Below are positions 1-14,238 of a DNA stretch of 64,000 nucleotides, in pieces. The first letter of the stretch is position 1. Every line of letters starts with the position of its first letter. The notes beneath the pieces are model-generated. The model was not told where the DNA came from, did not search any database, and worked only from the letters and a program-made list of their open reading frames with translations. The position numbers and the translations under genes are program-made. The stretch is from assembly GCA_012295275.1 (NCBI GenBank), contig CM022677.1, positions 18,166,001-18,230,000 on the forward strand, read 5' to 3'. The stretch is from Chrysomallon squamiferum (Eukaryota > Animalia > Mollusca).

Positions 1-2
1 TC

Positions 3-629
3 GTCTGCTGGTCTATGGTTCTCGTTATTTTCGTTCTGCACATCCCTGTTCTTGTCATGGTTGAAATAAACGACGGTGTATGCTATCCATCGAAAGAAGT
101 CGGTTTTCTTATGGTTGCATATCGACTAGTTCTCTCGTCCACACTTCCCTGCATCTGTATCTTCGTCCTCAACGTCATGATCATCGCTCACATGCAACGG
201 AGCAACCAATTCAGGAAAACCTTCATGAGATCTGGCAAAGAATCCACCAATCAGAAGCAAGATAAGGCAACGCGCCCTCTCGTTCTCGTTTCCGTTCTTG
301 CTCTGCTAACTATTCTACCCGCCGCGGTCACAGATTGTGTTTACGTAGGACTCAAACTTAGCCGGTCCGACATGTTAGCTTTTACATTATCTGGCAGTCT
401 TTGGCCCCTCTTCAATATGATCTATTTGTTAAACTTTGCCCAGAATTTTTACATTCTGATGGGAAGTGCCAGGAACTACAGAGAAATCATGTTAAAGAAG
501 TTTGGATGTTTGAAGACGCCAGTGGACAGGACACATACAAAGAAAATGTCGTCGGAAAATTCAAGTTCTGCCAGTTGCCATCTGCCGTCAGTTTCTGGTG
601 TCGTTGCAATGACTGACGTAGGAACGTAA
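3..629 (+). CDS. Orphan class A GPCR, subfamily A copy 1 (5'-truncated by window edge; TM4 to C-terminus)
   Basis: The frame is open from nt 3 (VCWSMVLV...) to TAA at 629. It is nearly identical to the TM4-TM7 half of the complete paralogs (LPC in TM5, ATRPLV in ICL3/TM6, NFAQNFY in TM7). Confidence 0.9.
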   Translation, partial: VCWSMVLVIFVLHIPVLVMVEINDGVCYPSKEVGFLMVAYRLVLSSTLPCICIFVLNVMIIAHMQRSNQFRKTFMRSGKESTNQKQDKATRPLVLVSVLALLTILPAAVTDCVYVGLKLSRSDMLAFTLSGSLWPLFNMIYLLNFAQNFYILMGSARNYREIMLKKFGCLKTPVDRTHTKKMSSENSSSASCHLPSVSGVVAMTDVGT

Positions 630-697
630 ACATATATGTGTGTGCGGGTGTTTGTGTGTGTGTGTGTGTGTTTTGTGTATGTGTGTGTATATGTTTA

Positions 698-1420
698 CAG
701 TGGTACCTCGACTTCGTTTTCGTTCCGTGACTGAGCTCGTTACTGAGCTCGTACCTCATTTTGCTCGTATATCAAATCAATATTCGCAACTGAAATTATT
801 TGAAATGCCATTAATCTGTTGCAGCCTCCCGAAAACCACCCCATTTTTTTGTAACGTGTTTTTAAATAAAAAAAAAAAAATAATTTATAAATCACAAATA
901 TTTTATAAAAACAAAATAAAATAAAATGTAAAGAAATGAATTAGTTTTGTAAAGTGTATTTATGTTGGAGATCAGACAAATTACTTTAAAGCCCTTAGCT
1001 TATCGAATCTTTCAGCTTTAGTATGGTACATATCGTAGAAGTACTACGCTCGTACTGCCTAGCCAAGTCGACTACATGCACACCTCGCTCATGTTTTTCT
1101 ATGATTTCATTCATTCATTCAATTAACATCATCCGCTTCTTCTTCTCAGCACTGTCCTTTGCACACACTTTCCTACGATCCATGGGCAGAAAAAAGAAAT
1201 TTGCAAAATACTTCACAAAAGGCGAAAACAACACAACAGAGATACTTCCCCTGCGAGGTAACCACGTGAAGTAAACGAGTGAGACGCGGGATGCTGGGCG
1301 GATGTTACGTTGTTCGTTGCGCCAACTAGCGGCGGGGATTCTGAAACTCGCTCGTTACCCGGATTTTGGCTTGCAGCTCAAAGCAAAAAATTGGGGCACT
1401 CGTAAGTCAAGGTACCACTG
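698..1420 (-). mobile_element. Tigger/pogo-like DNA transposon relic (internally deleted)
   Basis: Terminal inverted repeats CAGTGGTACCTCGACTT ... AAGTCAAGGTACCACTG. The minus strand encodes a degraded CENP-B/psq-type HTH (..KKKRMMLIE..IIEKHERGVHVVDLARQYERSTSTICTILK). Confidence 0.8.
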
Positions 1421-1497
1421 TGTATATTCATAAATACAAACCTATAAACATATGGAGACATGCATAGATAAACACACACACACAGACACACACACAG

Positions 1498-1625
1498 AGT
1501 GGGACCTGTCTTTTGCGGCCACGTACGATATACGGACACTTTACCGAGTCCCAATTGTTTTTCTCAGTAGATATGTTCCTTACATCAGCGGACACTGATT
1601 ATGTTTCAACTCCAAAAGCGGAAAA
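1498..1625 (+). mobile_element. Probable end fragment of a second non-autonomous DNA transposon (repeated GCGG(A/C)CAC/GGACAC motifs)
   Basis: gtgg(g/c)acctgtcttttgcggccac...cggacact...agcggacac. It recurs at about 9960, 17903 and 25298. No matching right TIR was found. Confidence 0.35.
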
Positions 1626-2567
1626 TCATACGGATTTGGATTCCTTTTCTTCAAAATAAATAATTTTATTGTACTGCAGCTTTATACGACATTTTTAAAG
1701 ATTGCGTCGCCTATTTCCTGCACTACATATTACATGCAGAAAGAGGTTTTTTTTTTTTTTTTTTCGAATAACGTTAGGCGAATTGCAATGCGAATTGCAA
1801 CTTCTATTTGGGTTTGAAACACAACATTTTTTGAAACATAAATATAGCGTATTCTTCTTATGAGTTTTATGACGTGCAAATATAAGTTTTATCAACGAAC
1901 TTGATGTATTTGAAATCGTATATTAAGAGAAAGCAGGACCCGGCCATGATGGTTTACTTTTCTTGTGTTTACCTGTGTAATGAATTTCCAAAAAGGTTTT
2001 AAATATATTAAAAATTTAAAAAAAAAAATAAAAAAATATAAACCAACAAAGAAACTTGTAAAGTTTGGCCCTCTGATGAGAGGACACCTGCTGTGTAAGG
2101 ACACTGTATAAGTGTGCATGTATGTGTTTGTGTGTATATATATATAAACATGTATGTATATAGACATAGATAGATCGATATGAAATAGGAACATAATAAA
2201 GTGCTATGTTGTTTAGTTGTCATTGATTTCAATATAGCGTTTATTCCTAACTTTGACGAATAAGGAAAGATAAATCTGTATGTTTTGATATTAGTGTCTT
2301 GTCAATAAACATAAGTGTTTAAAATTTAAATTTTAATGTGTTTTATTTAGTTATATTGTGCACTGTGAATATTAAACAGCTTGACCTGTTGTTTGAATTT
2401 GTTTTAATTAACTTGTGTCAGTTTACTAACTGTTCATTGTTTTTGTAGTGAAATACAGAAATGTCTTCACCTAGCTTCAAGTAGATCCAGGCTGGAACAG
2501 AAACATAAAGTCTGAGAGAGAGAAGAGCGGATAATGGAAAGAAAGCTAAACTCATCTATATATACAG

Positions 2568-2680
<113 letters not shown>

Positions 2681-2763
2681 CACGGAAATGCATCATATTC
2701 GATGCATTCTTATGATGATGATGATGACGAAACCAATACTAATAAAAATACCAGTAGTTTTGG

Positions 2764-2805
<42 letters not shown>

Positions 2806-2821
2806 AATAGTAGTAGTAGTA

Positions 2822-2863
<42 letters not shown>

Positions 2864-3232
2864 TAATAATGAAGGAATGAATAAATAATAATAAATAATA
2901 ACAACAACCACTCAGTTCAAGCCAGTCATTTATTATGTTACATAAAAAGCAGACAAAAAGAAACGAGTTTTTGCTTTACATAACCAGAGACAATCTGCTA
3001 CAACCATTTATATATGTAGTAATTAAAACAAATCGCTTTAATATACATAAAATATCTTTAATATTTAAAAACAATAAGCATCCTGCTAAGTATAATGCTA
3101 TGTAGATAATAAAACTTACTACTTTTAATATTATCATTTGCGATTTAACAGGCACTCATGAAATGCACTCATTAATAAGTCGTCATCTGAAATTAACCTT
3201 TGAGATTTAGTCAATATAGATCTTTGTCAATT

Positions 3233-3271
<39 letters not shown>

Positions 3272-3546
3272 TTTGCTTCCTGATATGATACCTCGGTGGT
3301 TGCATGCGTCTGATCAGTAATATCAAGCTGTACAGATTTTTAAAATTATTTTTATTATTTTTAAAAACTAAACATCTAGATAAACGTAAGAAATTTTATG
3401 AACGTGGCAATAAAAAGCTCACAGTCAGATGAAAGAGATTACAGAGAAGAATGGTGACTGTGTTAACAATTAAATAAATCAGATATCAAGTTTTTTATTG
3501 TTTTATTGAGCCTTAAAAAAAGGGACACAAATTTTGCTACAAACTG

Positions 3547-3601
<55 letters not shown>

Positions 3602-3815
3602 CAGACACACACACACAAACACATACGCGCGCGAGCGCTCGCTATGTTAAACTATTGATAATCAGTGTAAAATATCAAGGGGTTAGTATGTGTATTTTTA
3701 ACAGAATATAATGGTATCTTCTTTTCTTTTTTCGCAACAATTACTTAATTAAAGAAAGTGCGGCAGATTAAATTTGCTTTATTTTATTCCGTACATATTC
3801 TTATTATTATTGGCG

Positions 3816-3936
<121 letters not shown>

Positions 3937-4939
3937 GTCTGTCTGTCTGTCTGTCTAACGAGATCGTGTGCACATCTCTGGTTTTCTATTTATTACTTCT
4001 TTCTACAAATTATACAAAAAACACATGCACAAACACATAATCACAGAGAAATATTCATAAAAATAAACCAACACAGATACTTTGTCATATTACTCACAAA
4101 CATACACAGATACGTGCTCATACACGTATATAAGTACCACACACTCATGTAGATACACACAGCTGCACATATACATATATTCACACATACACACTCATAC
4201 AGAAACACATGATCACCCAGACAAACACATACAAACATACACACATCCACACACAAACAGATACGTACACACACACACACACACAAAAATCAATACTTAT
4301 TAGAGTCTACATGATTACTCACTGTCACTATGCTTTCTTTGAGGGATATTTTAACTATATATTTAGATTACTGGGAAGCTGGATACATATATGCATACGT
4401 GCATGCATACATACGTGCATACATACATATGTACACACATATACATACATACACACATACGACAGAAATATAAAGCGACGTACGGATGAGTGAATGGACA
4501 AATCAACGGGACTAGTAATTAAATCCTTTATTTACATAGAAAACAAAATTACATCATTGGTTTCATCTTATTGTTTTAAGTAATACAACATTTACTGATT
4601 TCTCAAAATATTGATTATGACAAGAATAACACATATTTCTTAATCGTAGTATAAACTATTATAATATGACAATAATAGTATTAATAATAATAACAATAAT
4701 AATACTAATAATAATCATAATAATAATATTAATAATAATAACAATAATGACTATGATGATGATGATAATAATGATAATGATAATAACAATAATAGTAATA
4801 ATAATAACAATATTAATAATAATAATAATAATAATAACAATAATGAGGAGGAGGAGGAGGATAATGATGATGATGATGGCGTTAATAATAATCTAATGTT
4901 TCAACTGCAGTAGTGCAGAAAAAAAAAAATATTAAAAGA

Positions 4940-5210
4940 GACATACAATTACAGTTTGTTAAAATAACTACGTCATATGTCTTTGAAATAATGACGTAAT
5001 ATGATGTTGAAATAAGATCTCAGTACAACGTTGAAATAACTTAACAAAACACGGACATTACAGAATAGGATGTTAAAATGAAACACTTAAACGATAAAGT
5101 AATAAATCATTGAAATAAAAACATAATAACACGTTGAAATAACAATATAAAATAATCAAACTAACAATACAAAACGTTCAGAACAAAAACATAATAAAAA
5201 TGAAATAACC
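4940..5210 (+). repeat. Degenerate TTGAAATAA-based minisatellite in the spacer
   Basis: (g)ttgaaataa recurs at irregular spacing, often 20-25 nt. Homologous blocks lie at about 12540-12790, 20540-20790, 28570-28800 and 37990-38170. Confidence 0.6.
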
Positions 5211-5410
5211 GGGCAGTAATACCTTAACTAAAGAAGAGGGAAAAACAAACTCAGTTGTCTCCCTTCATTACGAAGGATCGGTAGTAGATATTTTATACGT
5301 ACATGTTTAAATACTGAATGAAATAATGCAATTTAAAGGATGAGGAATATTGATAAGATAAATAAAACATAACAAGAGAAACAGACAAACGAAAAAAAAA
5401 CATCAGAAAA

Positions 5411-5445
<35 letters not shown>

Positions 5446-5613
5446 CGTGTTAAATGATTCCTTTATTTCGATTCTGAATTGTTAGTTTTAAAGAGTATAA
5501 AATAAAATAATTATACACTTAACCGTTTTTAAATATTTATAGAAATAAAAATTGAATCAGAAAATATACAGTGTCGATATTATAACAAATAAATAAATAA
5601 AATATAATAATAA

Positions 5614-5658
<45 letters not shown>

Positions 5659-5935
5659 TGATGATGATGATGATGATGATGATAAATTAAAATAACGTAT
5701 AATATTATTCTTTTTATTTTATCATTGAAGAGATATATTTACTATATCCTTTATCTAAAGAAATTTAAATATTTAAAGATAAAGATGGTTCCAGAATGTA
5801 AGATATGTCGTTGTTTATACTGTCACTGAGAAGATGGAGAAAAACATTGCCCTAGATATCAGCGTACCCAATTATTAGTAATAATTTAAAATGCGGTAAA
5901 AAACAACAACAAAAAACCCACAGCAACAACAAAAC

Positions 5936-6031
<96 letters not shown>

Positions 6032-6377
6032 ATAAATAAACACACCAGTGAAACGATTTTAGAAGACGATGAAGGAAATCAATACAAAGATAATGAAAAG
6101 GAAAATGACAGTGATGATAATAATATCATTTGTATGCGGGTAAATATATATATATATCAATGTGTAAACCTAACACGAACACTCAAACTGTTATAAAAAG
6201 ATAACAACAACCACAACAGCAATAATAATGATGATGATCATGATGATAATAATAATAGTAATAATAAAATTAGCCAGTAAAATAACAATTCAAAAATATA
6301 TGAACGGTATCTTAAAAGCTGTTAAATAAAAATCGTTGATTTAAGAAACGAAATAATTAGCAGAGCATATTAATACT

Positions 6378-6702
6378 TTACCAACTCACCACAATATATT
6401 TTATATATGTGTATATATATATATATATAAAACTTGATGAAAGAAAACGTCACATTTAACAGTCAACAGAATTTTCATTAGATGAAAAAAATTATTTTCA
6501 ACTAACTGTAAGGAAGGATTAATCAGAATTACGCAAAAAATGATTTTTTTTTTTTTTTTTTTAATTAAAATTTTAATCAGCTTTTAATACAATGATGACA
6601 TTTGATTGACAGCTTAGTGTGGTGAAGAAATCTTTATAAAAGAAGGTAGAAAAATAATCGACATTAAAGAAGAAATTTCTGGAAGAATTTCGCAACAAAT
6701 TG
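6378..6702 (+). promoter_or_regulatory. Promoter and non-coding exon 1 of GPCR A2
   Basis: TTACCAACTCAC 6378; TGATGAAAGAAAACGTCA 6435-6452; TGATTGACAG 6603-6612; TATAAAA 6635-6641; splice donor TTG|GTAAGT at 6703. The block is highly conserved among units while the flanks drift. Confidence 0.75.
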
Positions 6703-7936
<1,234 letters not shown>

Positions 7937-7953
7937 ACGTAAAATGGATCAAT

Positions 7954-9081
7954 ATGAATACAACGTCGTACATGGCCGAGTCAACATCGATGTACATCGG
8001 CAGTACAGATGGATTCGAATTCATTAACCAATCAAACGCGAGCAATGTATCACATTCGACAAATTTACTGTATTTTAATTTACGTGGAATTGGCTATTTT
8101 AGTCTCGTAGTAATCATATGTATACTGGCAGCCATCGGAAACGCACTCCAGTTTATTCTGATGAACGATTCAAAGTTGTCTCCCTTCTCTTACTCAGTCT
8201 ACATGAAATTTCTCAGTTTCTCTGACACCTGGTTGCTAAGCATCGAACTTATGAGAGAATCTGAAATCCAGTTTCGTATTCCAAGGTTCGTTGACGTCAG
8301 CAATTTCTGGTGCAAAATAGTAAACACACTGCTACTATTTCCCATGATCCTCTCGCCTTGGCTGATCGTAGGACTGACGCTGGACAGATACATCTGTGTC
8401 AGTTTTCCACTGTCACGTGACTGCTTTTGCACGAGAAGGAAAGCTTTCGTCGTCTGCTGGTCTATGGTTCTCGTTATTTTCGTTCTGCACATCCCTGTTC
8501 TTGTCATGGTTGAAATAAACGACGGTGTATGCTATCCTTCGAAAGAGGTCGGTTTCCTTATGATTGCCTATCGACTAGTTCTCTCGTCCACACTTCCGTG
8601 TGTCTGTATCTTCGTCCTCAACGTCATGATCATCGCTCACGTGCAACGGAGCAACGAATTCAGGAACACCTTCATGAGATCTGGCAAAGAATCCACCAAT
8701 CAGAAGCAAGATAAGGCAACGCGCCCTCTCGTTCTCGTTTCCGTTTTTGCTCTGCTAACTATTATACCCGCCGCGGTCACAGATTGTGTTTACGGAGGAC
8801 TCAAACTTAGCAAGTATGACATGTTCGCTTTTACCTTTTCTGGCAGTCTTTGGCCCCTCTTCAATATGATCTATTTATTAAACTTTGCTCAGAATTTTTA
8901 CATTCTGATGGGAAGTGGCAGGAACTACAGAGAAATCATGGTAAAGAAATTTAGGTGTTTGAAGACGTCAGGGGATAGAAGGACACATATGATTAAAATG
9001 TCGTCTGAAAATTCAAGTTCTGCCAGTTGCCATCTGCCGTCTATTTCTGATGTGGTTGCAATGACTCAATTAGGAACGTAA
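7954..9081 (+). CDS. Orphan class A GPCR (FMRFamide-receptor/Srw-like, candidate chemoreceptor), subfamily A copy 2, 375 aa
   Basis: Seven hydrophobic segments, N-terminal N-glycosylation sequons, GN in TM1, LSFSD in TM2, C3.25 (WCK) plus an ECL2 Cys, DRY, W in TM4, P in TM5 and NFAQNFY in TM7. The ORF is intronless. Confidence 0.93.
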   Translation: MNTTSYMAESTSMYIGSTDGFEFINQSNASNVSHSTNLLYFNLRGIGYFSLVVIICILAAIGNALQFILMNDSKLSPFSYSVYMKFLSFSDTWLLSIELMRESEIQFRIPRFVDVSNFWCKIVNTLLLFPMILSPWLIVGLTLDRYICVSFPLSRDCFCTRRKAFVVCWSMVLVIFVLHIPVLVMVEINDGVCYPSKEVGFLMIAYRLVLSSTLPCVCIFVLNVMIIAHVQRSNEFRNTFMRSGKESTNQKQDKATRPLVLVSVFALLTIIPAAVTDCVYGGLKLSKYDMFAFTFSGSLWPLFNMIYLLNFAQNFYILMGSGRNYREIMVKKFRCLKTSGDRRTHMIKMSSENSSSASCHLPSISDVVAMTQLGT

Positions 9082-9173
9082 ACATATATATATGTCTGTA
9101 TGTGTGTGCGTGTGTATGTGTTTTGTGTGTGTGTGTGTGTGTGTATTTGTATATCTCTGTGTGTATATGTTTA

Positions 9174-9859
9174 CAGTGGTACCTCGACTTCGTGTTCGTT
9201 CCGTGACCAAGCTCGTACCTCAGTTTGCTCGTACATCAAATCAATTTTCGCAAATGAAATTAATTGAAATACAATTAATTCATCACAGCGCCCCCAAAAT
9301 CATCATATTTCATTTTATTTTTATTTTTCTATTTTTTTTGTAACGTGTAAAGTATTGCTAAAAACAAAATAAAAGAGAATGTAGTTTTTTGGAGCTCAAT
9401 AAATTATTTTAACACCTTTGGCTGGAGTTATAGGCTTCATCGACTCCTTCTGCTTCAGTATGGTACATATCGTGAACGTACTACACTCGTACTGTCTAGC
9501 CATGTTGACGACACGCACACCTCGCTCAAGATTTTTCTAAGATTTCATTCATTAATTCAATTAACATCATCCGCTTCTTCTTCTCAGCATTGTCCTTTGC
9601 ACTCACTTTCTTATGATCCATGGTCAGAAAAAAGAAATTTGGGAAAATACTGCACAAAACACGAGTACAACACAACAGAGATGTTTCCGCGGCGAGGTAA
9701 CCACGTGAGGTAAACGAGTGAGACGCGGGATGCTGGGCGGATGTTACGTTGTTCGTTGCGCCAACTAGCGGCGGGGATTCTGAAACTCGCTCGTTACACG
9801 GATTTTGGCTTGCAGCTCAAAGCAAAAAATTGGGGCACTCGTAAGTCAAGGTACCACTG
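9174..9859 (-). mobile_element. Tigger/pogo-like relic, copy 2
   Basis: Same TIRs (CAGTGGTACC...GGTACCACTG) and HTH remnant as 698-1420. Confidence 0.8.
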
Positions 9860-11982
9860 TGTATATTCATAAATACAAACCTATAAACATATGGAGACAT
9901 GCATAGATAAACACACACACACACAGACAAACACACACACACAGACACACACACACAGAGTGGCATCTGTCTTCAGGGGCCATGTATTATACACGGACAC
10001 TTTACCGAGTCGCCTATTTCCTGCACTACACATTACATGCAGAGATTGTTTTATGTTTTTTTTCGAATAACGTTAGGCTAATTGCAATCACCTAACGTTT
10101 GCCTGCCAAACCGTGCGAGTTCAAGTCATATGGTACATAATTTTGGTAATTCAAACATTCAGCGTTAGTCTGCCTGTTTATGTTTTATAAATACCAAGTC
10201 TTAGCGATACTTTTGACGTCTAAACGATGGTACGGCTGGCATAAATCAGACCTCTGTTTGGGTTTCAAACACAATATTTTTTTAAAACATAAATATACCT
10301 TATTCTTCTTATAAGTTTGATGACGTGCAAATATTAGTTTTATCAACTAACTCGATGTATTTGCAGTTTTATTTTAAGAAAAAGCAGCGCCCGGCCATGA
10401 TGATTTACTTTTCTTGTGCTTAGTGGTGTAATGAAACTCAATAAAGTTTTAAAATATATTTTAAAAATTTAAATAAAACAAAAAATAAAAACCAACAAAG
10501 AAACAAACTTGTAAAGTTTGGCCCTCTGATGAGAGGACACCTGCTGTGTAAGGTCACTGTATAAGTGTGCATGTATGTGTGTGTGTGTGTATATATAAAC
10601 ATGTATGTATATAGACATAGATAGATCGATATGAAATAGGAACATAACAAAGTGCTATGTTGTTTAGTTGTCATTGATTTCAATATAGCGTTTATTCCTA
10701 ACTTTGACGAATAAGGAAAGATAACTCTGTATGTTTTGATATTAGTGTGTTGTCAATAAACATAAGTGTTTAAAATTTAAATTTTATTGTGTTTTATTTA
10801 GTTGTATCGTGCACTCTGAATATTAAACAGATTAACGTGTCATTTGAATTTGTTTTTATTAACTTGTGTCAGTTATTTTTGTAGTGTAACATAGAAATAT
10901 GTTCTCCTAGCTTCAGGTAGATCCAAGCTGACATAGAAACATAAAGTCTGAGAGAGAGAAGAAAAGAAATGGAAAGAAATATATATTTTATCTTTGGCGT
11001 TTTAACAAGCAACTTCAAGATATCCAATCATTAATATGTCGTCATCTGATATTAACCTTTGCGACTTAGTTAATGTAGATTTTCTCAGTTTTATTTATTT
11101 ATTTATGTGCTTGCTTGTTTGCTGATATGACAGCTCAGTGATTGCGTGCGTCTGATCAGTAATATCAAGTAGTCCGGGTTTTTAAAATTGTTTTTGTCAT
11201 TTTTAAAATCTAAACATCTAGTTACGCCTAAGGACTTTAATGAACGTGGCATTAAATAGCTCAGTGACAGATGAAAGAGATTACAGAGAAGAATGGTGAC
11301 TATGTTAACAATTAAAGAAATCAGATAATTCTTTTAATTTTTTTTTAAAGTTTTATTCAGCTTTAAAAAAGGACGATATTTTCACTACAATCTAACACAC
11401 ACACACACAATACGTACACATGAACATATGCAAGCATCACATGCATATATTCACTCATACACACACAGACATACACACATGAACATCCCATATACAACCA
11501 CACAGACGAACTCATACAAACATACAGATATGCACATAAACACACAACCACATACAAACACTAGACACATTTATTCAAACATACAGATAAATAGACACAC
11601 ATACACTCACAAACACATACACACACACAGGCACAGACAAATACACGCACATACACACGTGCACATTATAAAAGTCAATACTTCCAACAGTCTACAATAT
11701 TACTATTTATCGCTAAGTCTTTTTGCTGGATCTCATATGAAAACGTCGATCTATTAATTGCAAGTCGGAGCTACAAATGTAGATTAGGTGATCAATCGAT
11801 GCACACGTGGAGGGAAAACGAACAGACAGAGACACAGACAGAGAAACACAGTCAGTTAGATAGGTTTTTATACAGGCAAAAATAAACAGAAAGATAAAGA
11901 GACAGAAAGATGGATTCATAACTGTATATTTAGATTGCTGGGTAGCAGGATACATACATACATACATACATACATACATACA

Positions 11983-12013
<31 letters not shown>

Positions 12014-12346
12014 GACAGAAATAGAGGAATGTATGGATGTGTGAATGGACAAATAAACGGGATTAGTAATTAAATTCTTTATTTACATAGAAAGCAAAAT
12101 TACATCATTGGATTCTTCTAATTATTTCAAGTAATACAACATTTACTAATTTCTCAAAATATAGCTTATAACAAAACAATAACACAAACTGTTTAATCGT
12201 ACTATAAACTATAATAATAATAATAATGATGATGATGATGATGACGATGAAAATAATAATAATAATGATAATGATAATGATGATGATGATAATAATAATA
12301 ATAATGATAATAATACTAATAATGATACTGATAAAAAATGAACAAC

Positions 12347-12411
<65 letters not shown>

Positions 12412-13165
12412 TGAGGAGGAGGAGGAGAATAATAATGATGATTATGATAATGATGATGATGATGATGGCGTTAATAATAATCTAACGTTTCAACTACAGT
12501 ACTGCACAAAAATACATATTAAAACAGACATACAATTACAGTTTGTTGAAATAACTACGTCATATGTCTTTGAAATAATGACGTAATATGATGTTGAAAT
12601 AAGATCTCAGTACAACGTTGAAATCAGTTAACAAAACACGGGCATTACGGAATAAGATGTTAAAATTAAACACTTAAACGATAAAGTAATATGAAATAAA
12701 AACATAATAACACGTTGAAATGACAATATAAAATAATCAAACTAACAATACAAAACGTTCAGAATAAAAACAAAATAAAAATGAAATAACCGCGCAGTAA
12801 AATCTTAGCTAAAGAAGAACAGAAAAAAACTTCAGTTATCTCCCTTCATTATGAAGGCTCGGTAGTAGATATTTTATACGTACATGTTTAAATACTGAAG
12901 GAAATAATGACATTTAAAGGATGCGGAATATTGATAAGATAAATAAAACATAACAACAGAAACAAACAAACGAAAAAACAAACACATCAGAAGATAAATA
13001 GATAAATAACGTGTTAAATGATTCCTTTATTTCGATTCTGAATTGTTAGTTTTAAAGAGTATAAAATAAAATAATTATACACTTAACCGTTTTAAAATAT
13101 TTATAGAAATAAAAATTGATTCGGAAAACATACAGTGCGGACATTATAACAAATAAATAAATAAA

Positions 13166-13207
<42 letters not shown>

Positions 13208-13596
13208 TGATGATGATGATGATGAATAAATTAAAATAACGTATAATATTATTCCTTTTATTTTATCATTGAAGAGATATATTTACTATATCCTTTTACT
13301 AAAGAAATTTAAATATTTAAAGATAAAGATGGTTACAGAATGTAAGATATGTCGTTGTTTATACTGTCACTGAGAAGATGGTGAAAAATTTGCCTAGATA
13401 TCATGATGTGGTAAAAAACAACAACAAAAAAAACCGGAAAAAACAAAACAAACTATATATCTATATTTATAATCCTAATATCTATCTATCCATCTGTCTG
13501 TGTATATATATATATATAATGCAATATAATGTAAAATAATATAATACAATAAACAAGAACACTGTTAGAACAAGTTAGTTTTCTATCATCTAGCAA

Positions 13597-13637
<41 letters not shown>

Positions 13638-13999
13638 TATTAACAATAACATAAAGGGCACACTGAATAAGTAATGTATATATATGTATATGTGTGTGTG
13701 TATATAAATATAAATATAAATATATATATAAATAAAATATATATATATATAGATAGATAGATAGATAGAAAGATATACTGATGTATACACTCACCACTGA
13801 AACAATGTTAGAAGACGATGAAGGAAAACAATACAAATAATGAAGAAAATAAAAAAGATAATGAAAAGGAAAATGACAATGATGATAATAATATCATTTG
13901 TTTGCGGGTAAATATATATATACCAATGAGTAAACCTAACATGAACACTCAAACTGTTATAAAAAGATAACAACAACAACAACCACAACAGCAATAATA

Positions 14000-14065
<66 letters not shown>

Positions 14066-14172
14066 TTAGCCAGTAAAATAACAAGTCAAAAATATATGAA
14101 CGGTCTTTTAAAAGCTGTTAAATAAAAATCATTGATTTAAGAAACGAAATAATTAGCAGAGCATATTAATCT

Positions 14173-14199
14173 TTACCAACTCACGAACAATATATTTTA

Positions 14200-14238
<39 letters not shown>

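Noticed and set aside
8199-8507. Recurrent antisense ORFs of about 100 aa over the GPCRs (also 16133-16441, 32522-32830, 61340-61648) and 61-aa alternative-frame ORFs
   Set aside because: They are shadow frames of hydrophobic coding sequence, conserved only because the GPCR genes are duplicated. The A4 copy is truncated by a stop.
7954-9081. Assigning a gene symbol (e.g. FMRFaR) or a named chemoreceptor family
   Set aside because: Only family-level motifs are recognisable. Orthology cannot be established without a phylogeny.
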